From Candidatus Latescibacterota bacterium (GTDB lineage Bacteria > Latescibacterota > UBA2968 > UBA8231): a DNA stretch of 64,000 bases. The notes beneath the pieces are model-generated. The model ran no database searches. It was not told the DNA's origin and saw only the letters and a list, made by a program, of their open reading frames with translations. Made by a program: the position numbers and the translations under genes. The stretch is from contig OY730476.1 in NCBI GenBank assembly GCA_963422735.1, positions 4,512,001-4,576,000 on the forward strand. The letters are read 5' to 3'. Of this stretch, positions 52,878-62,183 are shown in pieces (position 1 is the first letter of the stretch; every line of letters begins with the position of its first letter).

Positions 52878-54134
52878 TTAGAACTGAAACCCCAGCCCCA
52901 AGCTCAGGGTGTTTTCAGGGTTAAAGCGGGCGGCGCCCAGCCGCCGCATGGCGTAATCGGCCTTGAGTACCACGGTATCTTCCATATTGTAGTTCGCGCC
53001 CAAGGTATAGACCCGACGCGCAAAGCGCGGATTGTCAAAGGTCTGGTCTGGGACCGCGGCCATACTGTCGTACGCGTCCAGGCGGATGAACAGGTCTAAG
53101 CGGTCGGGCGAGGGAGCGGCCAGCCAAGGCAGGACGTCGTAGCCGACCTCTACGAAGGCCGCATAAGCCTCTTGGGCCACCGGAGAGCGCAAGACGCCGA
53201 GATTGTTCGATAGGGTGCGGTTGCGGGCGCTGACAAGGGTAGCATTCTGCAGATGCCCATAGAGGTACAGCCCGCGTGCGCGGAGCCGCCCCCAGTCTAA
53301 GCTGCCGTGCACATCGACGATGGAGACATGCGCGTCAACTCCTGCCATGTCGGGCTTGGGGCGGTTGTCGGCACTGTCGCCGCGATAGCCAGAAATACCC
53401 AGCGCACATTGCGGTGCGAACCGATAATCGAGCCGGGCGACCCAAGCCATATTGGTCGCCTGAATCGTCTCAAAGCGCTTTTGGTGGCCGCCGACAATCC
53501 AGTTTTGCGAGCTGAAACCAGTCGCGTCCAAGCCATTGACTAGCTGTAACTGGTAGCGCCATCCCCGGTAGGCCCCAGAGACCTCCACACCGGTCTCGTG
53601 CCAGAGGGCCGGGATGATGGAAGTTTCGGCTTCCGAGTGCCGGGTGCCGAAGAAATCGGCGGGATGGAAGTGATGGCTCAAGTGGCCCACGGCGACGTAG
53701 AAATGCCCCAAGCGGAGGCGGAAGGCATCGCTGAATGTCCGCTCGACAGCCAGTTCCTCGACGACGACTTCGCCGCCTTTTTCGATTTCCTGCTTGAACT
53801 CGCCGAATTCTTCAAACTCCAATTCCAGCGTGGCACCAGCACCGCCGTGCTCAAATTCCACCTCGGCTTCCAACTTTGTATCTTTGAGTAACTCGACTTC
53901 CAGTTCGAGCGCGAGGCGGGTGATGTCGATGGTGGCGCGGCTGTCCGGGGGAGAACCATGGATCCCGCTTTTCTGGTCGGGGCCGAAATCGAAGTGGGAG
54001 TAGAGCAGCTCGCCGTAGCCTTCTAGATGGAAGGGCGGCCTTGCGGAGGCGTTCGCTCCTTGCACGAGCAAGAAAGCAAGGAGAATAAATAGCTGAAAAA
54101 TATGGAGATAAGGTTTTTTAGGTACGCGTCGCAT
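52878..54134 (-). CDS. Outer-membrane porin-like beta-barrel associated with imelysin
   Basis: Signal peptide, EVEFEHGG...EKGGEVVVE, IIPALWHETG, terminal Phe. Confidence 0.75.
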   Translation of the reverse strand: MRRVPKKPYLHIFQLFILLAFLLVQGANASARPPFHLEGYGELLYSHFDFGPDQKSGIHGSPPDSRATIDITRLALELEVELLKDTKLEAEVEFEHGGAGATLELEFEEFGEFKQEIEKGGEVVVEELAVERTFSDAFRLRLGHFYVAVGHLSHHFHPADFFGTRHSEAETSIIPALWHETGVEVSGAYRGWRYQLQLVNGLDATGFSSQNWIVGGHQKRFETIQATNMAWVARLDYRFAPQCALGISGYRGDSADNRPKPDMAGVDAHVSIVDVHGSLDWGRLRARGLYLYGHLQNATLVSARNRTLSNNLGVLRSPVAQEAYAAFVEVGYDVLPWLAAPSPDRLDLFIRLDAYDSMAAVPDQTFDNPRFARRVYTLGANYNMEDTVVLKADYAMRRLGAARFNPENTLSLGLGFQF

Positions 54135-54416
54135 GGATTGGATGAGAGGCCGTCGTATCACTAGTACACATCTTCTATCAATAAAACTAATGTTTGCTTT
54201 TACATCTTTTTGTTCTATATAGCAAACAAAAGTATGGGAGGTGTCCATATTTGTCAAGGACATTATTTGCCGTTAAGGCGCTCAACCGCCTAAGACGATG
54301 CAAATGGCCCACCAACCATGGCGGAGGGCTTTTTTGGATTAGACTTCGCAGTATATTTAATGGATTTGGAAAAAGTTATGGGATTTGTAGAAACATTTAC
54401 CGACTCGCTAAAAGAG

Positions 54417-56978
54417 ATGCCCCGTGCGCCGATTGGGGAGTCCTTGCGACCGCTGTGGCGCGAGGCCCTCGCGCACATTGAGGCCGAGCACCAAGCCGGG
54501 GCCGACGGGCAGGTAGTGGCCCGGCGGATCGCCGAGGCCATGGACGCCGTGGTGCTGTCCATCTATCGTAATGCCATGCCCCAGACGGCCGGCCCCCACG
54601 CGCTGGTGGCGCTGGGCGGATACGGCCGCTGCGAAATGGCGCCGCACTCGGATGTTGACTTACTCTTCCTGTTCGCCAAGAGCCAAGACAAGGTTCCCGA
54701 AGTTGTCGCCGGCGTATTCAATCCGCTGTGGGACTTAGGGTTCGAGGTGGGGCATAGCAGTCGCACGTTGGACGACGTGGTCAGGGCTGTGCGCGAAGAT
54801 CTGGAATCGCGCACAGCGATGATGGACGGTCGTCTGCTGGCCGGCGACGCCGCGCTTTTCGCCCAGTTCCAAAAGCGGCTCTACAAGCGCCTGCCCAAAC
54901 GCACGGTAGCCGAGCTGAATCGGCGGCGCCAGCAGCGGCTCGAAGCGCGGCAATCAGTCCAGCTTTTAGAGCCGAATGTCAAGGAGAGTCCGGGAGGCCT
55001 GCGCGAGATGCAGATGTTCGAGTGGGCGCTCAAGGCCAAGGTCAAAGCGTCCGAATGCGGCGATTTGTGCGATCAGTATCTCGATGGCGGCGGCGAGAGC
55101 CTCGCCCGCAGCCGTGCCTTCCTCTGGCGAGTACGGCACGCGCTCCACTTTACAGTGGGCCGCAAGCGCGATGTGCTAGAACATGATCTCAAGCCGCAAA
55201 TCGCGGCCGCCTTGGGCTATGAGGCCCAAGGGCAAGAGCTGGCCGCTGAGTGCTTTATGCGCGATTACTACCTACATGCGCGCACCGTGTACCATCTAGT
55301 AGAGCGGGCCTTCCAACGGCTGACGCACAAGCCGCGCAACCCCAGCCGCAGTATGTATATAGAACGCGGTGTAGCCGCGGTGGAAGGGGAGATTGTCCTC
55401 ACCGACGGCGAGGCGTACTTTGCCGCCGACCCCCTGCGCTTGCTAAAGATTTTCCTCACGGCCCAGACCAAGAATCTGGAGATGAGCGATCAGGTACAGT
55501 GTGCAGTACGCGCCAGTCTGCCGCTGATAGACGACGAATTCAGACGCCTACCAGCGGCCCGCGACGCGTTCTTCAAGATACTCAAGCGCAAATACCGCAC
55601 GGCAGGCACCCTCCGGCGCATGCACGACTTGGGCGTCTTAGGCGCGTACTTGCCCGAGTTCGGGCGGCTGACCTGCTTGGTCCAATACGACATTTACCAC
55701 ATCTACACGGTCGATGAGCACACGCTGGTCGCGCTGGAAAACTTGGAAGCCCTCGGTCAGCAGGAGGGGGGTATGTCGGTAATCCTCGCCCAATGCACGC
55801 GCCGCGATCTGCTGTTCCTCGCCGTGCTCTTGCACGATGTGGGCAAGTGGAAGCGCGACGACCATATCGCGCGCGGCATTGAGATGACCGAGGAACTGAG
55901 CGAGCGGATGGGGCTGGACCAACAGGAGCGGTCCATGCTGCGCTTCCTCGTGGAGCACCACCAAGACATGGTGCTTATCTCTAGGCGGCGCAATCTCGAC
56001 GACTACGAGATGATCGCCGAGTTCGCCGGTTTGTTCGCCAACTCAGAATGGCTGCGTGCGCTCTACTTGGTTTCGTACGCCGATTTGTCGGCTGTTTCGC
56101 CCGACGCTTGGACCGACTGGCAAGGGGCCTTGCTGTGGGAATTGTACTACAAGACGGCCGAGCAACTGCACTCGGACATGCAGGCCCTAGAGGCCAAACA
56201 GCGCGCTCAGCAGGCACTCAACGAGCACCTCGATCACATCGGGAGCCACTGGTCAGCTCAGCGGGTCGTTCAGTTTCAAGAGCACATTGAGCAGCTATCC
56301 CCCGGCTACTTGGTGGCCTATGACCGCGCGCAGATCAAGGTGCATTTGGAGATGATCGCTCGCTTGGGCCGGGAGCAGCCTTTTGTCGTGGAATTCATCG
56401 AGCGCGAAGGGCACACCGAGGTCGTCGTCTGCACCCGCGACCAGCGCCAGCTCATGGCCAAGATCTGCGGTGCTTTGGCCGTCAACGACATCAACATCCT
56501 CCGCGCTGATGTCAACACCCGCGCCGACGATGTCGTGCTCGACATTTTCCAAGTGACCGACATCGACGGCAGCCTGGTGCTGCCCGACTGGAAGAAGGAG
56601 CGCATGCGCCAGCGGGTGGCCGAGGTCATTTTGCTGCGGCTAAAGGCTCGCGACTTGCTGGCGCGCTACAGCAGCAGTTGGGACCGCCGCCGCCGGCAGC
56701 GGCAGTACGACCAGTCGCCTCGCATCTCGTTCGACAACCAGATTTCGGCTCGCTACACGGTCGTCGATATCGAAGCCCAAGACAACGTGGGCCTGCTCTA
56801 CAGAATCGCGTACCTGTTGGGCGAACTGGATCTCAACATCCATCGCGCCATTATCAACACGGTTGCGGCGCGGGCGCAAGACGCGTTCTACATCGTCGAT
56901 GCCGAGGGGCAAAAGATCGCCAGCCACGAGAAGCTCGACCGGATACAGCAGTACCTGCTCGACGGGCTGGCGTCTTGA
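54417..56978 (+). CDS. glnD: [Protein-PII] uridylyltransferase
   Basis: ALGGYGR..MAPHSDVDL, EPNVKESPGGLR, YHIYTVDEH, LLHDVGK, two ACT domains. Start is uncertain (54318, 54378 or 54417). Confidence 0.95.
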   Translation: MPRAPIGESLRPLWREALAHIEAEHQAGADGQVVARRIAEAMDAVVLSIYRNAMPQTAGPHALVALGGYGRCEMAPHSDVDLLFLFAKSQDKVPEVVAGVFNPLWDLGFEVGHSSRTLDDVVRAVREDLESRTAMMDGRLLAGDAALFAQFQKRLYKRLPKRTVAELNRRRQQRLEARQSVQLLEPNVKESPGGLREMQMFEWALKAKVKASECGDLCDQYLDGGGESLARSRAFLWRVRHALHFTVGRKRDVLEHDLKPQIAAALGYEAQGQELAAECFMRDYYLHARTVYHLVERAFQRLTHKPRNPSRSMYIERGVAAVEGEIVLTDGEAYFAADPLRLLKIFLTAQTKNLEMSDQVQCAVRASLPLIDDEFRRLPAARDAFFKILKRKYRTAGTLRRMHDLGVLGAYLPEFGRLTCLVQYDIYHIYTVDEHTLVALENLEALGQQEGGMSVILAQCTRRDLLFLAVLLHDVGKWKRDDHIARGIEMTEELSERMGLDQQERSMLRFLVEHHQDMVLISRRRNLDDYEMIAEFAGLFANSEWLRALYLVSYADLSAVSPDAWTDWQGALLWELYYKTAEQLHSDMQALEAKQRAQQALNEHLDHIGSHWSAQRVVQFQEHIEQLSPGYLVAYDRAQIKVHLEMIARLGREQPFVVEFIEREGHTEVVVCTRDQRQLMAKICGALAVNDINILRADVNTRADDVVLDIFQVTDIDGSLVLPDWKKERMRQRVAEVILLRLKARDLLARYSSSWDRRRRQRQYDQSPRISFDNQISARYTVVDIEAQDNVGLLYRIAYLLGELDLNIHRAIINTVAARAQDAFYIVDAEGQKIASHEKLDRIQQYLLDGLAS

Positions 56979-56989
56979 GTTGTAATCCG

Positions 56990-57099
56990 CGAGATCGGAG
57001 CGGGGCTGGCGATCGCCCCCGATCTGGATCGCAAAGCCGATGGGCTTCCGCGTCAATCTCTCCGACGCGGAAGCCGTGTATCGCGTCTTGGACCAATGA
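56990..57099 (+). pseudogene. C-terminal remnant of a VapB-type antitoxin
   Basis: PIWIAKPMGFRVNLSDAEAVYRVLDQ* immediately before the PIN gene; no 5' end. Confidence 0.55.
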
Positions 57100-57105
57100 C
57101 TACCC

Positions 57106-57509
57106 ATGAGCTACTCCTTGGACGTCAACCTCCTTCTCTATTCGTCGGACGCCTCCAGTCCGTTCCACGCGAAAGCCAAGAGCTTTCTTGAATCCTGCAT
57201 GAGTCGGAGCGACGTGCTCTATCTAAGTTGGCCGACGATAATGAGTTACCTGTGCATTGCCACGCATCCATCCATCTTCGATGAGTCGCTGACGCCCGAA
57301 GATGCCTGCTCAATCTGCCCAATTCTCGCTGTCTAGCCGAAAAAGACGGATTCTGGGAGACATGGCGTGAGACATCCGTGCGTGGAAACTTGGTGCCGGA
57401 TGCACACCTCGCCGCGCTTCTTCGCTTCCATGGGGTGCGTCGGCTGTACACGCACGACCGAGATTATCAAAGATTCGATTTCCTCGATGTACAGGACCCA
57501 CTAGCTTGA
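57106..57509 (+). pseudogene. vapC: VapC PIN-domain toxin, frameshifted
   Basis: SLDVNLLLY...ATHPSIF; VRGNLVPDAHLAALL..HGV..LYTHDRDY.RF in another frame. Confidence 0.85.
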
Positions 57510-57544
57510 CACTTGATGAACAAAAACGCTCCACCGCCGGGGGA

Positions 57545-57877
57545 ATGGCACCCGTTACCGACTCGCTCCTCGATCAGATGGTCCAGGCCATTGTCGAAGA
57601 GGTCGATCCCGAGCAGGTGATCCTCTTCGGCTCTCGCGCCCGCGGCGACGCACGGGAAGATTCGGATGTCGATCTGGTGGTGGTGGCCGAGCCGTTTGGC
57701 CCGGAGCGAAGTCGTCGCCGGGAACTAGTCAGGCTCTACCACGCGCTGGTGGAATTTCCCGTCCCCGCCGACATTCTCGTTTACTCTCACGACGATGTTG
57801 ACTACTGGCGCGACTCCCTCAATCACGTTCTGGCGCGGGCGCTGCGGGAAGGGAAGGTGCTCTATGAGCGACGTTAA
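57545..57877 (+). CDS. Minimal nucleotidyltransferase (MNT antitoxin)
   Basis: LFGSRARGDAREDSDVDL; EGKVLYE tail. Confidence 0.9.
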   Translation: MAPVTDSLLDQMVQAIVEEVDPEQVILFGSRARGDAREDSDVDLVVVAEPFGPERSRRRELVRLYHALVEFPVPADILVYSHDDVDYWRDSLNHVLARALREGKVLYERR

Positions 57878-58341
57878 ATGCGCGAGGATGCTGCTCGATG
57901 CGGCTGAGCGCGATGTCGCGGCCCTTCGGGTCATGTGTCGATCCGACGAAATCTCCGACGAGATTTTCGGCTTTCACGTGCAGCAGGCTGCCGAGAAGCT
58001 ATTCAAAGCTTGGCTCGCAGTGCTGGACCGGCTATGCGCTTGCTGCGGGGATTGAGGGCGACGATAGCGCCGAGAAGCTATTCAAAGCTTGGCTCGCAGT
58101 GCTGGGCGAGGTGTATCCGCTAACCCACAATATCGAAAGATTGTTCGATCTCCTCGCCGACCAAGGCGTCTTTGTGGAGCCCTTCCGCAAGCTGATTGAT
58201 TACACTCCATACGCCGTCGAGTTTTGCTATACAGGTGTTGACTCAAGTACCGAAGCAATCGATCGCGCTGGTGCGCTCGCGATCGTCGAATCGTTGCTGG
58301 AACAGGTCCAGCGGCGGCTGGCAGAGGTGGAGGGGGTGTGA
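57864..58341 (+). pseudogene. HEPN-domain protein disrupted by a 79-bp duplication-plus-insertion
   Basis: GFHVQQAAEKLFKAWL, YPLTHNI, YAVEFCY. Removing 79 bp gives a 399-bp ORF. Confidence 0.88.
57990..58105 (+). repeat. Perfect 37-bp direct repeat flanking a 42-bp unique insert
   Basis: gccgagaagctattcaaagcttggctcgcagtgctgg at 57990-58026 and 58069-58105. Confidence 0.95.
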
Positions 58342-58525
58342 TGGAGCAACTGCTAGCGGGTAGGGGTTGCTCTGTCTGGCTATTGGCTAGCACAACTTCT
58401 CTATAATTTCAAAATGAAAGCAGCTAGCCGGAGTGGGGCCGGCGGCAGCTTCCACGGCACGGCTGTGGAGAGGGAGCGAATGACCTGCGGCGGGCCGATT
58501 TTGTTAGGGGGCAGCGTTCACCCGC

Positions 58526-60214
58526 CTAGTACGACCGCAGCGTCCGCCCCAACTCCTCGGCCTCTATCCACTTCCGCAACACGGCACCAGAGCGCGCCAG
58601 CAACGTTCGATAGGGCCGCCCCAACGTCTTGTTTTTTGGGTTTTTTCCCGACAGCCGCGGCACGGCGTTGAACCGTCCTCGCACCTCGACGATATTGCGG
58701 CTCGGATTGTGCACGGCAATCGTCAATACCCGTGCGCTGTGGCCCTCCGCATCGACCTGCATGGACCACACCGACTTGCTGCCCCGCCGGCAGTTGGACA
58801 CATAGGAGGCGACGCAGTGATTCATCGCCCGTCCTTCAAGCGCGAGTTCCTTTTTGGAAGTAAGCTCGCGGATGGTCCAACGCAGCTCCTCTTCTTTGTC
58901 GTCCATCCACTCAAAGTTAGCTATGCCCGACGCCTCCCAACTCCCTGCGGGCTGGCGGTTATCGCGGGCTAGGCATTCGTGCCACTCATCGACTTGGCGC
59001 AGGAGCTTGACCGCGCTGCGTCCCTTCATGGTGTAGTTAGGCTGCGGCGGCTCTCTTTCCTCTGTGGGGACGTACTTCTGGTGGTTGATATAATCGACGA
59101 TTGGCCCCACCATATCCGGGTCGAGCATCTGGTTTTCCACGAGGAAGAGTACGACCGTGCTCCAGAAGGATTCCTCGGCGAAACCGCGACCCAATTCCGT
59201 GGCTACCACGGCCTGAGCCAGCGCCTCGCTGCCCCCTTGCCCCACCACCTGTGCCCAGCGCAGGGCCTCGGTCGCCGTCAGTTCGCTTGGTGCCTCAGCA
59301 AAGACATGTGCCATGCGCTTGGAGAGCACAAGCGGCAGGTCGGCCGTGCGGATGTTTTGTCCGCTGCCCACGTGGACGAACCACCCTTGCTGGCGTTGGG
59401 CCTGTGGTCCCCAGCCACCGAACCACACCGAATCCAAGCAGGCCGGCACGTCGTAGCGGGTCAATAGGAATCGAACCAGCGCGGCGAATTGCCGCCGGGG
59501 GTTGCGGCTGTCTGGCTTCCACTCGGCCGGTGACTGCTGCCAGACGCGGCTGTGCCGCGCCAACGCGCCGAGGGCCTCGACGAAGGTGTTGCCCTCCACC
59601 CGCCCCAAGCGCTGGAGAGCTGGCCGCGCGTCGAGCAGGTTGGCCGCGCGCTTCTCTACGTGCAAGAGCAAATCCCGTAGCTGCGCCCGCTGGTTGCCCG
59701 CCAAGCCCGCAAAGGCCCGATAGATCAGGCGCAGGACCTCGGTGCGCAGATCTTCCTCGGCGAGGGTTCCGGCCCAGAGCTGGAGGACGAGGTCTTTGGT
59801 GCGCCGGCTGTGCTTGCGGCCCTCGTGCAGGACTTGAGTGCTCTGTACTTGCTGGTGGAGCTTGAGTTCCTTGCTGCGCTGGGCTGCGCTTTTGTAGATG
59901 GCGTCGCCGATCCCCTGTTGCCGACACCACGTCTGGTAGGCGGCCACCCCGTCTAACCCTAGTTGTGCAATGTGTTGCCTAAAGGCTTCTTCGACTTGGG
60001 CGGCTCGTTGGTCGCGCTGGTGCGCCGTGCGCTCTTGCCGCCGCTCCTGCCAAGTCTTGCTCAGGGCTGCGCTAAACCCGTGCTGGCGGCACCAGACCTT
60101 GTAGGCTTCAATGGCCTCTAGGCCCAGCGACTCTATATGTGCGCCCAACTCGGCATTGGCACGCGCGGTGGCACCCCGCCGCCGTCCCTTTTTGCGCTTG
60201 GGGCGTTTAGCCAT
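58526..60214 (-). CDS. PcfJ-like domain protein with duplicated N-terminal module
   Basis: C-terminal EL.S..EL..EGRAMNHCVASY...LTI...IVEVRGRFN; two HI..LGL....AY..WCRQ.G repeats. Confidence 0.75.
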   Translation of the reverse strand: MAKRPKRKKGRRRGATARANAELGAHIESLGLEAIEAYKVWCRQHGFSAALSKTWQERRQERTAHQRDQRAAQVEEAFRQHIAQLGLDGVAAYQTWCRQQGIGDAIYKSAAQRSKELKLHQQVQSTQVLHEGRKHSRRTKDLVLQLWAGTLAEEDLRTEVLRLIYRAFAGLAGNQRAQLRDLLLHVEKRAANLLDARPALQRLGRVEGNTFVEALGALARHSRVWQQSPAEWKPDSRNPRRQFAALVRFLLTRYDVPACLDSVWFGGWGPQAQRQQGWFVHVGSGQNIRTADLPLVLSKRMAHVFAEAPSELTATEALRWAQVVGQGGSEALAQAVVATELGRGFAEESFWSTVVLFLVENQMLDPDMVGPIVDYINHQKYVPTEEREPPQPNYTMKGRSAVKLLRQVDEWHECLARDNRQPAGSWEASGIANFEWMDDKEEELRWTIRELTSKKELALEGRAMNHCVASYVSNCRRGSKSVWSMQVDAEGHSARVLTIAVHNPSRNIVEVRGRFNAVPRLSGKNPKNKTLGRPYRTLLARSGAVLRKWIEAEELGRTLRSY

Positions 60215-61178
60215 TTTGCAAAATCCGCGCTAAGTGATCGGCGGGCGCGTTTCCGCCGCTGAGGATGCCGACAACCTTTTTGCCGGCCAAGGACTCGCGG
60301 ATTTTCAGGGCTGCGGCCAATGATGCGGCCCCGGCTCCTTCGGCTACCAGCTTGGCCTCCCGCGCCAACAGGCCAATGGCCGCGTCGATCTCCTCGTCGG
60401 TGACCAGCTCGAAGCGATCTACGAGTTCCCACATTATGCGCGAGGTCATCGCAAAGGGCACGCGCGTGGCTAGCCCCTCGTGCCGCGTGGCCATGGGGGC
60501 CGCCACGTCGAGCCGCCGTTGCTGCCAGGCCCGGTGGCAGACGGGAGCGCCCGCGCTCTGAACGCCGATGATCTCCACGGCTGGGTTCAGGTGGCTCGCG
60601 ACGAGCGAGAGGCCGCAGATGCCGCTGCCGCCGCCTACGGGCACGATCAGCACTTCTACAGAGGGCAGGTCGGCAAAAATCTCCAAGCCCATGGTACCCA
60701 CGCCAGCAATCAGCAACGGCTCATTGGCCGAATGCACGTAGCGGCAGCCCGTGCGGCGCGCCACGCGCTCGACTTTTTCGCGCGCCTCGTCGAAATCGCG
60801 GCCAAAGAGGCGGACTTCTGCTCCGAGGGTGCGCATGGCCGCTACTTTGGCCGGGTTGCTGGCGCGTTCTGGCCCGTATATGGTCACCGGTGTGCCAAAG
60901 AGCTGGCCGGCGTACGCCAGCGACTGGCCGTGGTTGCCGGTGCTCGCGCTGATGACGCCCCGCTGCCGCTCGGCAGGAGACAAACGTCCGATGAGGTTGA
61001 CGCCGCCGCGCACCTTAAAGGCCCCCACGGGCTGCAAGCTCTCGCATTTGGCGTGGTATGCGCAGCCCAGCATTTGCGAGAGCTTCGAGCAGTGGACGAG
61101 CGGCGTCGGTGCCAGATGTGCTCCGACTAGGCCTTGTGCCGCTTCTACGTCGGCGAACGTAGGTAGATTTGTAGTCAT
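60207..61178 (-). CDS. Threonine/serine dehydratase family PLP enzyme
   Basis: GAFKVRG, ASTGNHG, PVGGGSG, EGAGA, SGGN. Confidence 0.92.
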   Translation of the reverse strand: MTTNLPTFADVEAAQGLVGAHLAPTPLVHCSKLSQMLGCAYHAKCESLQPVGAFKVRGGVNLIGRLSPAERQRGVISASTGNHGQSLAYAGQLFGTPVTIYGPERASNPAKVAAMRTLGAEVRLFGRDFDEAREKVERVARRTGCRYVHSANEPLLIAGVGTMGLEIFADLPSVEVLIVPVGGGSGICGLSLVASHLNPAVEIIGVQSAGAPVCHRAWQQRRLDVAAPMATRHEGLATRVPFAMTSRIMWELVDRFELVTDEEIDAAIGLLAREAKLVAEGAGAASLAAALKIRESLAGKKVVGILSGGNAPADHLARILQNG

Positions 61179-61227
61179 GATCGCTCCTAGCGTAGAAAAA
61201 CCTAGCCCGCAAGATATACCATAGCAA

Positions 61228-61252
61228 GTAGAGGCGGGTTTCAAACCCGCCC
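61228..61252. repeat. GTAG-type REP palindrome
   Basis: gtaga-ggcgggttt-c-aaacccgcc-c. Confidence 0.7.
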
Positions 61253-61333
61253 TGTTTAGGTACAGCAACTGGTTGCCCTAATTCTTCTCTCTTGCTATGA
61301 TCCTCGCACTTGCTACGAAGGGAGGGGTAGCGC

Positions 61334-62182
61334 GTGAGCACCGAACTTTGGGGACTGGTATTGACGGCGGCAGTCGGGCACGCCTTGTGGAACTTCGCCG
61401 CCCGCAAAGCCGCTGGCGATGCGGCCGTAATTTGGCTCTCCTTAGCTATTGGTACGCTAGTCGCTGTCCTGCTTTGCGCGTACACTTGGTGGCAGGGCGC
61501 ACCGCCGACCCTGTCGTGGCTAGGCGGCCTTTGCCTCGTGGCTACGGGCATTATTCACGGGCTGTACTTCACCCTGCTGGCCAAGGCTTACGAGCACGGC
61601 GAAATCTCCCTCGTCTATCCGGTCGCACGCGGATCGGGCGTGGGGATAACAGCCCTAGCCGCGTGGCTGGCCTTGGGCGAAGACATTTCGCTGTTGGGTG
61701 CCAGCGGCATTGCCTTGGTCTTGGTGGGGATTTTCTGCTTGGGTGCTCCAGCCTTCAAGCACCAGACGCGCGGCTTGCAGCTCGCCTTGGGTGTGGGGCT
61801 GACGATTGTCTGTTACTCGCTGGTGGATAAAATAGGCGTTGGCTACGTGCAACCGCTCTACTACATCGCTGGCATGTGGCTGATCGGCACCCTCGTGCGC
61901 GCACCTTGGGTCATGCGCCGGTACGGGGTGGGGCTGCTGACGACGGCCCGCGTCCATTGGCATACTATCGCCCTGATCGGCGTCGGCTCGCTGGGCACGT
62001 ATCTCCTGATTCTCTACGCCTATACCCAAGGCCCAGTCGGCTACATCGTGGCCGTGCGCGAGTCCTCGGTAGTACTCGGGGCGCTCCTTGGTTGGTCCTT
62101 TCTGAGAGAACGGCTCACCCTGCTCAAGGCGACCGGCATCCTCGCCATCGTCGGGGGTTTGGTGCTTATTAAGGCCAGTTGA
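61334..62182 (+). CDS. EamA/DMT family transporter
   Basis: HALWN, AYEHGEISLVYPVARG, AVRESSV; about 10 TM helices. Confidence 0.9.
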   Translation: MSTELWGLVLTAAVGHALWNFAARKAAGDAAVIWLSLAIGTLVAVLLCAYTWWQGAPPTLSWLGGLCLVATGIIHGLYFTLLAKAYEHGEISLVYPVARGSGVGITALAAWLALGEDISLLGASGIALVLVGIFCLGAPAFKHQTRGLQLALGVGLTIVCYSLVDKIGVGYVQPLYYIAGMWLIGTLVRAPWVMRRYGVGLLTTARVHWHTIALIGVGSLGTYLLILYAYTQGPVGYIVAVRESSVVLGALLGWSFLRERLTLLKATGILAIVGGLVLIKAS

Positions 62183-62183
62183 C

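Noticed and set aside
54150-54260. Fur box upstream of the porin
   Set aside because: AT-rich, but no convincing match to GATAATGATAATCATTATC by eye.
57990-58105. Calling the 37-bp repeat pair a true CRISPR array
   Set aside because: Only two copies, the repeat is HEPN coding sequence, and there is no leader or cas gene in the window. Kept as a repeat and as a hypothesis.
58342-58525. Possible ncRNA or 85-aa ORF between HEPN and the PcfJ-like gene
   Set aside because: No recognisable RNA family features, and the ORF overlaps the opposite-strand gene.
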